From positions 1-43,166 of the forward strand of contig JASFGZ010000001.1 in NCBI GenBank assembly GCA_050123495.1: a DNA stretch of 43,166 nt, read 5' to 3'. This DNA comes from Desulfobacterales bacterium. Its GTDB lineage: Bacteria; Desulfobacterota; Desulfobacteria; Desulfobacterales; JAHEIW01. This document shows positions 8,623 through 17,153 of the stretch, piece after piece (within the stretch, counting starts at the first letter, position 1; each line of letters begins with the position of its first letter). A program made the position numbers and the translations under genes. The notes under the pieces were generated by a model. The model searched no databases, had not been told where the DNA came from, and saw only the letters and a list, made by a program, of their open reading frames with translations.

Positions 8623-8655
8623 AAATCCGCAATCCGCATTCTAAAATCCAAAATC
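8623..8655. repeat. family F tandem-heptamer tail (F1), immediately 3' of the dehydrogenase stop
   Basis: AAATCCGCAATCCGCATTCTAAAATCCAAAATC. Read on the minus strand it shares GATTGCGGATTT and ATTTTGGATT with 32477-32505. Confidence 0.65.
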
Positions 8656-9667
8656 AGATATGGGGCTTAATAATGACTTTCAGCGACTCTTTGCCCGCCA
8701 TCACCATTCGGAAACCTTCGGCAATATCATCTAAAGGCAGCCGCCGCGTAATCATGTCGTCTATTTTTATTGTTTCCGATTTCATAAGGCTTATGGCCGC
8801 ATCAATGTCAGGGGGGCCGCAATAATAAGAAGTAATTATTCGGGTTTCCCGGGTCCAGAAGTGATTTATCGGTATGCTGACTTTTTTGCCGGGATGCGGT
8901 ACTGCAAAAAAAACAATGACCCCCCCTTTATCCACGCACTTCCATGCCTGATCAACTGCAGCGATTGCTGAAGTGCACACGATGACAACCTCGGCCATAC
9001 CAATGTTTTCAGCGATCAATTGCTCCGGGACATTTTCAGCAGCGTCCATTGTCATATCCGCACCCATTTTTTCAGCAAATTCCAGCTTTTTTCGATTGAT
9101 GTCCGTGGCAATCACCCGGCAATGTTTGGTTTTGGCAAGTTTCACATGCAGCAGCCCGGACATGCCGCTTCCGATCACCATGACTGTCTGGTTCCCGCGC
9201 ACACCGGCAAGCTGCTGGGCGCGGACAACACATGCCAGCGGTTCGATAAAGGTACTCTGGTCATATGTCATATTATCCGGCAGGAGATAAGTTCCGTTTT
9301 CTACCAGAGATTTCGGAACCAGAACATACTCTGCAAAGCCGCCCGGCAGTCTCTCCTTGACATTGGGGCACACCGGATAGTGGCCGTTTTGACAATACGC
9401 ACATCGCATACACGGCACTTTGGGTGCCACAAAAACCCGATCACCGGGCTCATATTTCGTTATTGATCTCCCGACTTCAACAACCTGGGCCCCAATTTCA
9501 TGCCCCTGCACCAGGGGGGCTCTGGGCAACCGATACCATTCAACAATATCACTGCCGCAGATGCCGCATGAGAGAACTTTGATCAGTATCTCTTTGGCAC
9601 CGGGTTTTGGCCGGGGCACCTCTTCGATTCGGATATCTTCGTTGTTGTACCAGACGGAAACTTTCAT
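8654..9667 (-). CDS. zinc-dependent medium-chain alcohol/polyol dehydrogenase
   Basis: [20 protein letters not shown], a structural-Zn Cys cluster [15 protein letters not shown], and the Rossmann motif VIGSGMSG. Confidence 0.88.
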   Translation of the reverse strand: MKVSVWYNNEDIRIEEVPRPKPGAKEILIKVLSCGICGSDIVEWYRLPRAPLVQGHEIGAQVVEVGRSITKYEPGDRVFVAPKVPCMRCAYCQNGHYPVCPNVKERLPGGFAEYVLVPKSLVENGTYLLPDNMTYDQSTFIEPLACVVRAQQLAGVRGNQTVMVIGSGMSGLLHVKLAKTKHCRVIATDINRKKLEFAEKMGADMTMDAAENVPEQLIAENIGMAEVVIVCTSAIAAVDQAWKCVDKGGVIVFFAVPHPGKKVSIPINHFWTRETRIITSYYCGPPDIDAAISLMKSETIKIDDMITRRLPLDDIAEGFRMVMAGKESLKVIIKPHI

Positions 9668-10545
9668 GACTGATTTTTGAGCGTTTGGTAAAGGTCCAAA
9701 GCCTTTTCCGGTGTTTCGTTATTGTGAACCACCGCCCGGACAGCCTGCAGCATTGCAATCGGAGAATCGGATTGAAAGATATTGCGTCCCATGTCCACGC
9801 CGCTGGCCCCCTGTTGGACCGCGTTGTAAGCCATGGTCAGCGCATCCAGTTCCGCTATTTTCTTGCCGCCGGCCATCACAATGGGCACCGGGCAGGAGGC
9901 GCACACGGTTTCAAAATCTTTTTCCACATAATAGGTTTTGATATAATGCGCCCCCAGTTCGGCACAAATACGTGTGGCCAGCCTGAAGTAACGGGCATCG
10001 CGGGCCATGTCCTTGCCCACTGCTGTGACGGCGAGGGTGGGGATTCCATAGCGGCTGCCAATATCCACCATCTTTGTCATATTGATAATTGATTGTCTTT
10101 CATACTCGCCGCCGATGAAAACCTGAACGGCCATGGCACAGACATTAAGACGGATCGATTCTTCGATGTCCACGGCAATCTCTTCGTTAGAGAGCTCCTT
10201 AAGGATACTGGTGCCGCCTGACACTCGGAGCACGATCGGTTTTTGGGTGGAAGGCGGGACAATGCTTCTGAGGATGCCCCGGGTGAGCATCAGCGTGTCT
10301 GCGTAGGGCACGATGGGAAGAACATTGACATCGACGCGCTCAAGGCCCGTCGTGGGCCCCTGAAAATATCCGTGATCGATGGCCAGCATAACGGTGCGGC
10401 CGGACTCCGGGTTAAAGATCCGGGCCAACCTGTTTTTCATTCCCCAATCCAGAGAGTTGGATCCTTTCAGGAAAAACCCCTCCGTATTTTGCGGTATATC
10501 CATATGATACTGCTTTGCCTCTTTTAGATCATCTATATCTGGCAT
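9664..10545 (-). CDS. lsrF: LsrF-like class I aldolase family protein (3-hydroxy-5-phosphonooxypentane-2,4-dione thiolase homolog)
   Basis: Long colinear matches to E. coli LsrF as I recall it ([34 protein letters not shown]..., [14 protein letters not shown]..., VVHNNET). Strong SD GGGAGGAGGAAAAGA before ATG 10545. The stop overlaps the dehydrogenase start (ATGA). Confidence 0.85.
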   Translation of the reverse strand: MPDIDDLKEAKQYHMDIPQNTEGFFLKGSNSLDWGMKNRLARIFNPESGRTVMLAIDHGYFQGPTTGLERVDVNVLPIVPYADTLMLTRGILRSIVPPSTQKPIVLRVSGGTSILKELSNEEIAVDIEESIRLNVCAMAVQVFIGGEYERQSIINMTKMVDIGSRYGIPTLAVTAVGKDMARDARYFRLATRICAELGAHYIKTYYVEKDFETVCASCPVPIVMAGGKKIAELDALTMAYNAVQQGASGVDMGRNIFQSDSPIAMLQAVRAVVHNNETPEKALDLYQTLKNQS

Positions 10546-10620
10546 TCTTTTCCTCCTCCCTTTATTTCTGGATTTGTTCCCTGAATTATAATCTTTAATT
10601 TCATTATAGAAAACCAAAAT

Positions 10621-10697
10621 AAACACGAAAACACGAAATAAGGAAAGCACGAAATTATTAATTTTTCGTGTTTTCAAGTTTTCGTGCTTTCGTGATG
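10621..10697. repeat. family A inverted repeat (copy A2): 4 x 8-nt units per arm
   Basis: Left arm AAACACGA AAACACGA AATAAGGA AAGCACGA. Right arm TTCGTGTT TTCAAGTT TTCGTGCT TTCGTGAT. It lies about 75 nt upstream of the lsrF-like start. Confidence 0.85.
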
Positions 10698-11058
10698 ATT
10701 TTTTTTTCGGGTACTATCTTTATTAACGGACATAAAGGCGATGATTCTTTATGGCATTATCGCAGGTTAGATTATCGGGTCAAGAAAAACCATTTATAGG
10801 GGAATAAAGTCTGTGGTATAAGTGCTATAAGCGAGATCTGGCTAAAGATTTATTATGCTGCCCGAATCACTGGAAAGGAAATTTCAATCCTACCCGATTC
10901 GAGCATAGATTATCTTAATAAAATGCGAACAACAAAATAGAACGCATCTTAATCCGCCGGAGGCGAACGAAACCGGCTATCCTGAAGTCGCGATCCACAT
11001 CTTTGAGATGAGTTTTAGTACCGATAACCCCCTGTCTTACTTTTAAGAAAATGAGGCA

Positions 11059-11910
11059 ATGCTTACCGCTGAGGAAAAAGCATATATTTTAGAACATGCA
11101 TATGTGCCGGAGCACTGCATTGGTTTGATGACCCATGTTTCAGGTGGCGAGCCGTTTTTAATTGATGATTTTTTTATTTGCCAGAAAGACGACTGGATAA
11201 TCTTGATCGGATATCCCTTGGAAGATAATTTTGACACAAAAAATTTTGAAGCCGTCGTTTTTAAAATCAGAGAAAGATTCGGCCCTGATTTTCTATCCCT
11301 GATTGCTCCGGAAATGCCGCCCGCTTTGGCTTCAAGCTGTCAGGAAAGCGAAAGCGATGCATACTTTACCCTGCAGACTCAAAATACGGTCATCCGCAGT
11401 CCAGTGAAACGCAATCTAAAAAGGGCGCGCCGATATTTAAGAGTGGCGTCTTCTTCTACCATGCAGGAAGACCATCAGAAACTGATGCAGGAATTTGTTG
11501 AACGGACGCAACCAACGGACCGCGTTAAAAGGCTGTTGTTTAAAATGCCCGAATTCGTTGCGTGTGTTGATACGGCATTTGTCTTAAATGCGTGGGATAA
11601 AGCAAATAACCTGGCCGCTTTTTATGTTGTCGATGTTGAAGCGAGGCAGTTTTCGAATTACATTATTGGTTGTCATTCCAAAAAAAACTATGTGCTCGGG
11701 GCTTCGGATCTTTTATTATTCGAGCTGATAAATTTGAATGTGGAATATAACAAGCAATATATTCATCTTGGGCTCGGAGTGAATGCAGGTATCCGTCGTT
11801 TTAAGGAAAAATGGGGCGGGGCGCCCACCCGCCGATATGAAATGTGTGAACTGGTATTCAAAAAACCTACGATATTTGAATCGATCAAGTCGCTGGGCAA
11901 GCTCTACTAG
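11059..11910 (+). CDS. hypothetical protein with a FemAB/GNAT-like (Acetyltransf_6-like) C-terminal region
   Basis: 283 aa. The C-terminus ...LFELINLNVEYNKQYIHLGLGVNAGIRRFKEKWGGAP resembles FemAB-like GNAT proteins. GAGG SD upstream. The family call is tentative. Confidence 0.5.
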   Translation: MLTAEEKAYILEHAYVPEHCIGLMTHVSGGEPFLIDDFFICQKDDWIILIGYPLEDNFDTKNFEAVVFKIRERFGPDFLSLIAPEMPPALASSCQESESDAYFTLQTQNTVIRSPVKRNLKRARRYLRVASSSTMQEDHQKLMQEFVERTQPTDRVKRLLFKMPEFVACVDTAFVLNAWDKANNLAAFYVVDVEARQFSNYIIGCHSKKNYVLGASDLLLFELINLNVEYNKQYIHLGLGVNAGIRRFKEKWGGAPTRRYEMCELVFKKPTIFESIKSLGKLY

Positions 11911-11921
11911 CTGGATTTATT

Positions 11922-12096
11922 ATCACGAAAACACGAAAATTAGCACGCGCAGCGCAGGCGCTCCCCCAGCGCCAGCACTTGAACGGTGTGCGCGCCGTGT
12001 GAGCACGAAAAAGGAAAAATACAGATTTTAATTTTAATACCCGTTTGCTTCAAACAAGGCGCAAGCTGAAGAGATTTTATTTCTTGGTTTCGTGAT
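11922..12096. repeat. composite repeat A3: family A termini around a GC-rich core shared with family D
   Basis: Bounded by ATCACGAAAACACGAAAA ... GGTTTCGTGAT. The core ...GGCGCTCCCCCAGCGCC...GTGTGAGCACGAAAAAGG shares the GTGAGCA motif with 17011-17018 and 40859-40866. ORFs 11783-12031 and 11940-12206 inside it look spurious. Confidence 0.7.
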
Positions 12097-12120
12097 AAAA
12101 TTTTTGTTAAGGATGAGTTC

Positions 12121-12957
12121 ATGCTGTTTTGGAAATCAAAACAAAAAAAATTAAAAATGATCTGGGAGGTGCAGAAAAACGGCAAGATATCACATCTTGT
12201 CGGCACCGCCCATTTTTTTCCGTACAGCTTCCGGGCTTCGCTTCAGCGGTATCTGGAAAATGCCCGTGTGGTGATGTTTGAAGGCCCGCTGGATGATGAA
12301 AATATGGCCCGGGTCCGGGAGGCAGGAATCGAAAGCAAAGATTCCTATCACATTTTCAACGAACTGGACGATAAAACCATTGCTGGCATTACCAATGCGC
12401 TGGTTCCGGTTTGCCGGGCCAGGCATTCATCGTATCTGGTAACTTTCACCAAATTTGACCCGAAAGATACCGTCTATGAAATGGTGAAAGGCATGAAACC
12501 CTGGTTGGCATTTTTCACCCTGTGGTCCGATTACCTAAAACGCCTTGGCTGGAGGTACTCCGTTGACCTGGAAGGCTATCAGATTGCCATAGAACTGGGA
12601 AAGAAGATCGTATTTCTGGAAACCATTGACGAGCAGATTGAAGTTCTGCAAAACATTTCGCATGATAACATTCTCTTCTTCCTGAACCAGGTGGATCGCT
12701 GGAAGCGCTTTGCCCGGGAATATGTTGAATGCTATCTGGACGGCGATTTAGAGAAGCTGAAATTCACCCGGGTGCGGTTTCCCAGCCGGCATCATTCGGT
12801 TATCAATGAACGCGACAAAATTTTTTATCAGCGGATGCGTGCCGAGCTTGAGCAGGGGCAAGTGACGGCCTTCCTCGGGGCGCCGCATCTGAGGGGAATG
12901 AGCCGCCTGCTGATAGAAGACGGCTATCAGGTCAAGGGTCCATGGCTTCCGCAATAG
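12121..12957 (+). CDS. TraB/GumN family protein
   Basis: ISHLVGTAHFFP near the N-terminus and FLGAPHLRG near the C-terminus, the family's G-T-x-H and G-A-x-H-L motifs. AAGGA SD upstream. Confidence 0.75.
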   Translation: MLFWKSKQKKLKMIWEVQKNGKISHLVGTAHFFPYSFRASLQRYLENARVVMFEGPLDDENMARVREAGIESKDSYHIFNELDDKTIAGITNALVPVCRARHSSYLVTFTKFDPKDTVYEMVKGMKPWLAFFTLWSDYLKRLGWRYSVDLEGYQIAIELGKKIVFLETIDEQIEVLQNISHDNILFFLNQVDRWKRFAREYVECYLDGDLEKLKFTRVRFPSRHHSVINERDKIFYQRMRAELEQGQVTAFLGAPHLRGMSRLLIEDGYQVKGPWLPQ

Positions 12958-12970
12958 TGACAGGGATTAG

Positions 12971-13471
12971 ATGACAGAAAACAGAAGACAGATTTCCGCG
13001 ACTCCGGCCAAAACATCACACCAACAAGCCATGAATGCGGCGGTTCGAATCCTGACCCATCGTGATCATTCAAGATATGAATTGAAACAGAAGTTGCGGC
13101 AGCGGGGCTTTGCAAGCGAAGTCATCGATGCGGTGATCCTAGACTGTAAACGTTTGAATTATATCGATGACACAAGAACCGCGCGAATATATATTTCTCA
13201 GCTTAAAAGAAAGCGCTTCGGCATACGTCACATTCGAATGGCACTAAAAAAGAAGCGGTTGTATGATGCTGCCATCGAAAACATTCTAATAGAGAACTAT
13301 GCAAAAATAGAGGAACGGAAAAATGCCGATAAATTGTTTGAAAAGAAAATGAAGACATTTAATCGAGAAGGAGATTTAAAAAAAAGAAAAGATAAAATTT
13401 ATCGGTTTTTATATGCACGCGGATTCAACAAAGATATCATTGCAGATCTTATCCGCGATTTAGTTAAGTAA
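12971..13471 (+). CDS. recX: recombination regulator RecX
   Basis: AVRILTHRDHSRYELKQKLRQRGFASEVIDAVILDCKRLNYIDDTRTARIYI..., a three-helical-repeat layout, 166 aa. Confidence 0.85.
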   Translation: MTENRRQISATPAKTSHQQAMNAAVRILTHRDHSRYELKQKLRQRGFASEVIDAVILDCKRLNYIDDTRTARIYISQLKRKRFGIRHIRMALKKKRLYDAAIENILIENYAKIEERKNADKLFEKKMKTFNREGDLKKRKDKIYRFLYARGFNKDIIADLIRDLVK

Positions 13472-13560
13472 TTCATTGGTCAAATAGTCAATTGGGCAGA
13501 GGATTCAATCCATAATAAACCATTCAACCAATCAACGATTTGACGACTCAGCCAAACCGG

Positions 13561-14151
13561 CTAACTGTCTATTTCTAATACTTCTTCGGGCTTTTCAGAA
13601 AAGGATTTTAATATCCCGGTCTGGTCTTTGGTTAAATGGTGAAACTTCACCCCGGATCCACGGGCGTCAGACCAAACGATTTCGCCAATCAAGTTTAATG
13701 GCTGGCGGTCTTCGGGGGATGAAAAACTAAGCAACATTTTCAATCCACAGGGAAACGATTCGTTGGTTTCGATAAATGCACCGGAGCCGCTTATATCCAA
13801 AATATAACTGCTGAATTTCTGACCCCGGATTTTAAAATTGACGTTGATCAAGCAATTTTTTCTGGCTTGCGCTCTTCTATCCGGCTTTTCTGTTTCAGGC
13901 TGCATCTCCTCAACTCGCTTCATAAATATAAACCGCTGTTCTTGTGACATATCAATTGCCATTTTCAACAGAAATTTGGCCGTACTGCCATTTAGAAACT
14001 GTCGGAATAGATCCAATTGCCTTTTTTCAGACAGGTTGTTTAATAAATAATATAATCGAGCGATGACCTCATGTTCATTCATTCTTAGATCAGAAGACAC
14101 ATCGGTGTATTCCTTTTTGAGTTTTAACGACCGTTGTAACGTTGAGATCAT
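13561..14151 (-). CDS. PilZ domain protein (C-terminal PilZ)
   Basis: RRAQARKN (RxxxR) followed by ILDISGSGAFIE (DxSxxG). ATG 14151 with SD GGTGGGAAG is preferred over the GTG at 14187. Confidence 0.75.
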   Translation of the reverse strand: MISTLQRSLKLKKEYTDVSSDLRMNEHEVIARLYYLLNNLSEKRQLDLFRQFLNGSTAKFLLKMAIDMSQEQRFIFMKRVEEMQPETEKPDRRAQARKNCLINVNFKIRGQKFSSYILDISGSGAFIETNESFPCGLKMLLSFSSPEDRQPLNLIGEIVWSDARGSGVKFHHLTKDQTGILKSFSEKPEEVLEIDS

Positions 14152-14525
14152 TTTCTTCCCACCTTCTTTCTCAAAGTGATGATTCACTCATTGCGGTCCA
14201 CAAGAATCGCAGAACTGGCTTAGTCGCTTGGGTGGCAGATGAATAGGGGCTGAAATGGCATCAGTTCAGCAATCTGCGCGCCTTATTATCATAGAAAATG
14301 TTGCAAGAAGCGTGCAAAAGGCCGAAAAATCCATAATCATATTAAATTTCATGCAATTAACTAAAATGAGGAACCTTGAAATTTAATAGATAGTGTGAAA
14401 GGAATGAATGAAAATTAGGCAATAGATTTCATATTGAAATTAAAATCCAAAACCGCAAGAACCGGGTGGTATGGTTAATTTATATGGCATATCCTAAGTA
14501 AAAATCGGATAAGGAGGAAAATACA

Positions 14526-15386
14526 ATGCCAGCCGAAGCGTTTTCCCAGGCATCGATTGATTATGAGCGCGTCGAAAAAGCCATCCAGTTTCTCACTGAA
14601 AACTTTCATTCGCAGCCGAGTTTAAGCCAGATTGCCGCGAAAATTCACGTGAGCGAATACCATTTTCAGCGCCTTTTCAGCCGTTGGGTGGGGATCAGTC
14701 CCAAACGGTTTCTGCAATTTTTGACCAAAGAGTATGCCAAAACCCTTCTGGAAAAATCGATCAATCTTTTAGACGTCACTTACGAATCAGGCCTGACCAG
14801 CCCCGGACGTCTGCACGATTTATTTGTTACCTGTGAAGCGGTAACGCCTGGAGAATACAAGGCCAAAGGAGAAGGACTTGAAATTGCCTATGGCTATCAT
14901 GCCACCCCTTTCGGCGAATGTATACTGGCAAAAACCGATCGCGGCATTTGTAGCCTATCTTTCGTTCAAAATAATGACCGGCGACCTGTTTTTGATAGCT
15001 TGGCGCATCGCTGGCAAAATGCAAAATTGATTGAAGATCCGGATGTTACCCGGCCGCTTGTCAAAAGGATTTTCGACCCCTCGGAGGGCAAAAATTCGAC
15101 CCCGCTCCATCTGGTATTAAGTGGTACCAATTTTCAAATCAAAGTGTGGGAGGCGCTGATCAAGATTCCGATGGGCGCCGTGGTTTCCTATGAGGATGTT
15201 GCGGCTCAAATTGGGATGCCAAAAGCCTCCCGCGCCGTTGGCAATGCCGTTGGCAGCAATCCGGTCTCATTTGTCATTCCCTGTCATCGTGTTATAAGAA
15301 AAACTGCCGAATTCGGAAACTATGGGGGTGGGGTGGCCCGTAAGTTAGCCATTCTGGGCTGGGAAGCCGTTCGTTCCAATAATTAA
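14526..15386 (+). CDS. AraC-type HTH fused to methylated-DNA-protein-cysteine methyltransferase (Ada/Ogt-like)
   Basis: N-terminal AraC HTH (LSQIAAKIHVSEYHFQRLFSRWVGISPKRFLQ). C-terminal MGMT active site VIPCHRVIRKTAEFGNYGGG. SD AAGGAGG upstream. Confidence 0.88.
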   Translation: MPAEAFSQASIDYERVEKAIQFLTENFHSQPSLSQIAAKIHVSEYHFQRLFSRWVGISPKRFLQFLTKEYAKTLLEKSINLLDVTYESGLTSPGRLHDLFVTCEAVTPGEYKAKGEGLEIAYGYHATPFGECILAKTDRGICSLSFVQNNDRRPVFDSLAHRWQNAKLIEDPDVTRPLVKRIFDPSEGKNSTPLHLVLSGTNFQIKVWEALIKIPMGAVVSYEDVAAQIGMPKASRAVGNAVGSNPVSFVIPCHRVIRKTAEFGNYGGGVARKLAILGWEAVRSNN

Positions 15387-15450
15387 ATGGTTATTTTCCC
15401 GTCGAACAAAATCTACGATTTTATAGTTGAATCTGGTCTGAAGTTTTAAT

Positions 15451-16461
15451 CTATTTATTGTAGTAGAATTCTCTTGGATTCAGCTCAGAATCTCCTCCAA
15501 AAGTGTTTTTAACAAAAATTGTTCTGATCTCGGTGCACACGTCACATTTATTGATGTAGCTGTCTTTCGCGGGCGTATAATCAAACTCTTTTTGGGCCAT
15601 TTTGAAAATTCCGCAAATTCCTTCATGAAATAATGTGGCTAAAACCGGGTATCTTTGTTCCGGAAGCGCTTTGTCCAGGTCTTCTTTTTTAATGGAAAGC
15701 CCGGAACAAAGCCCCGGAATATAGTTTCCGAATAGATCCAGGTGATAATGCTGGGTGTTTAATAATTCGGCGGCACAGCCACCGCGATTTTCATCTAAAA
15801 TTTCATCTGCTGATTTCTCTGCAAGATAGGGTCGAAATGTTTGCAATGCCCTGCCGCCCATATGGATCCAGTAACGTTGCAGCAGGCGCATTACATAATC
15901 CCGGCCGAAAAGTGCTTCAAATTCCTTTAATGAATGGGTGCCGGCCGCATCCAGTTCGGATAGATCTGCAATAAAATCTGAAATCCAGGGAAAGATACCG
16001 ATTCCGGTCTGGCGAGCGGCTTCGATGACGCCTTTAACCCTGGAGAAAGGAATATATTCATTGTGAAAGGGGCTGATGGATACCAACAAGGTCCGCAAAC
16101 CCTGTTTGCGCAGCTTTAAAAGAATGGCCGTTGCCGAATCCGGATCTTTGTACCACGCGGAGTTGGTCTCCACATACGCGATCTCCACACCGACTTTCCG
16201 GGCGATTTCCAGGACATCACCGAGCGCATCCGGTCTTAACAGGGGCTCGCCGCCGCCGACGTGCACCGATGAACATCCCAGCTTCCGGATGGTGCGCAGG
16301 TTTTCTTCTGCTGTCTGCGGTTTAATATATTTTTTATCCCAATTCGGGCTGCAATTGTAGAGACAATGGCGGCAGCGGGACGCACAAAAGTAATTGGTGA
16401 TCAACCCGCCGGATGCCAGTCGTTTTATTTTAAACTCAGCCAAAAGCCATTCCTTTTTCAT
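15451..16461 (-). CDS. radical SAM protein, function unknown
   Basis: CxxxCxxC cluster motif CASRCRHCLYNC and GGGEPLL. The start is uncertain: ATG 16461 or TTG 16497. Confidence 0.8.
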   Translation of the reverse strand: MKKEWLLAEFKIKRLASGGLITNYFCASRCRHCLYNCSPNWDKKYIKPQTAEENLRTIRKLGCSSVHVGGGEPLLRPDALGDVLEIARKVGVEIAYVETNSAWYKDPDSATAILLKLRKQGLRTLLVSISPFHNEYIPFSRVKGVIEAARQTGIGIFPWISDFIADLSELDAAGTHSLKEFEALFGRDYVMRLLQRYWIHMGGRALQTFRPYLAEKSADEILDENRGGCAAELLNTQHYHLDLFGNYIPGLCSGLSIKKEDLDKALPEQRYPVLATLFHEGICGIFKMAQKEFDYTPAKDSYINKCDVCTEIRTIFVKNTFGGDSELNPREFYYNK

Positions 16462-16880
16462 GTCGGTGTGTCTGCTGGTTGCCAGCTTTCGGTTCAAAGC
16501 ATTGCTGACACGAATCCAGCATTTTTGATGGAAACCGTCAGTTTGTCAAGCACGAAGCGGCGGATGCCATTAAAATGGGGCTTATACCTTTCTATGATCG
16601 CATTTCAACAAAAACGCAATATCTACTATTGGATACCCGATATCTAATATCCAATACCAAAACCCGATTTCTCTTTCCTGACGATTGATCAAAGCGTTGT
16701 TAGACAAAATATGATTTGTTTTAAAAAAGCTGGCGCTTTTATCCATTACCACTCTGACCTATATAACTGCATATCTATTTTTGTCGATACCCCTCATTGT
16801 CAGCGCTTTTAAATTGCGCGTCTTGAATGATCTCATTTTGTGATTACGATAATATCAGCAGACATTCATATTCGACCGCT

Positions 16881-17136
16881 TAGAAGTGGTTTCAAAACCT
16901 CAGATCAGTTTCAAGGGCCCCCGCAAATTGCGGGATTTCGCAACAGATTTTAAAATATCAAGGTGCTCAAAAGGCGCAGGCGGATCGAGAGAGCGCAGCA
17001 TACATGGGTATGTGAGCATTTATCGGAGGCCTGCAACGCAGCCATTGGAGCCTTTTGAGCCCCTTAAATATTCTTTCAATTAGATGCGAAATCCCGCTTC
17101 ATTAAGCGGGGAGATGGGGTTTTGAAACAACTTCTA
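16881..17136. repeat. family D MITE-like element (D1), 256 bp, with 19-bp terminal inverted repeats and long internal arms
   Basis: Termini TAGAAGTGGTTTCAAAACC (16881-16899) and GGTTTTGAAACAACTTCTA (17118-17136) match at 18 of 19 positions. Both arms carry CCCGC..GCGGGATTTCGCA hairpins. It ends 17 nt before the ABC ATPase ATG. Confidence 0.85.
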
Positions 17137-17153
17137 GGTCTATCTGAGGTGTT

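Noticed and set aside
11940-11948. TTAGCACGC, which resembles a CIRCE half-site (TTAGCACTC-N9-GAGTGCTAA).
   Set aside because: No inverted partner GAGTGCTAA follows, it is part of repeat A3, and no chaperone gene is adjacent.
13042-13052. GGTTCGAATCC, the tRNA T-loop consensus.
   Set aside because: It lies inside the recX coding frame. The flanks do not form a T-stem, acceptor stem or anticodon arm.
17085-17128. The family D arms (GCGAAATCCCGC-loop-GCGGG...GGGGTTTTGAAAC) resemble a CRISPR repeat: a hairpin followed by an ATTGAAAC-like 3' handle.
   Set aside because: There is no array. The copies are in inverted orientation within one element or are solitary, 23 kb apart. There are no regularly spaced direct repeats with unique spacers and no cas genes in the window.
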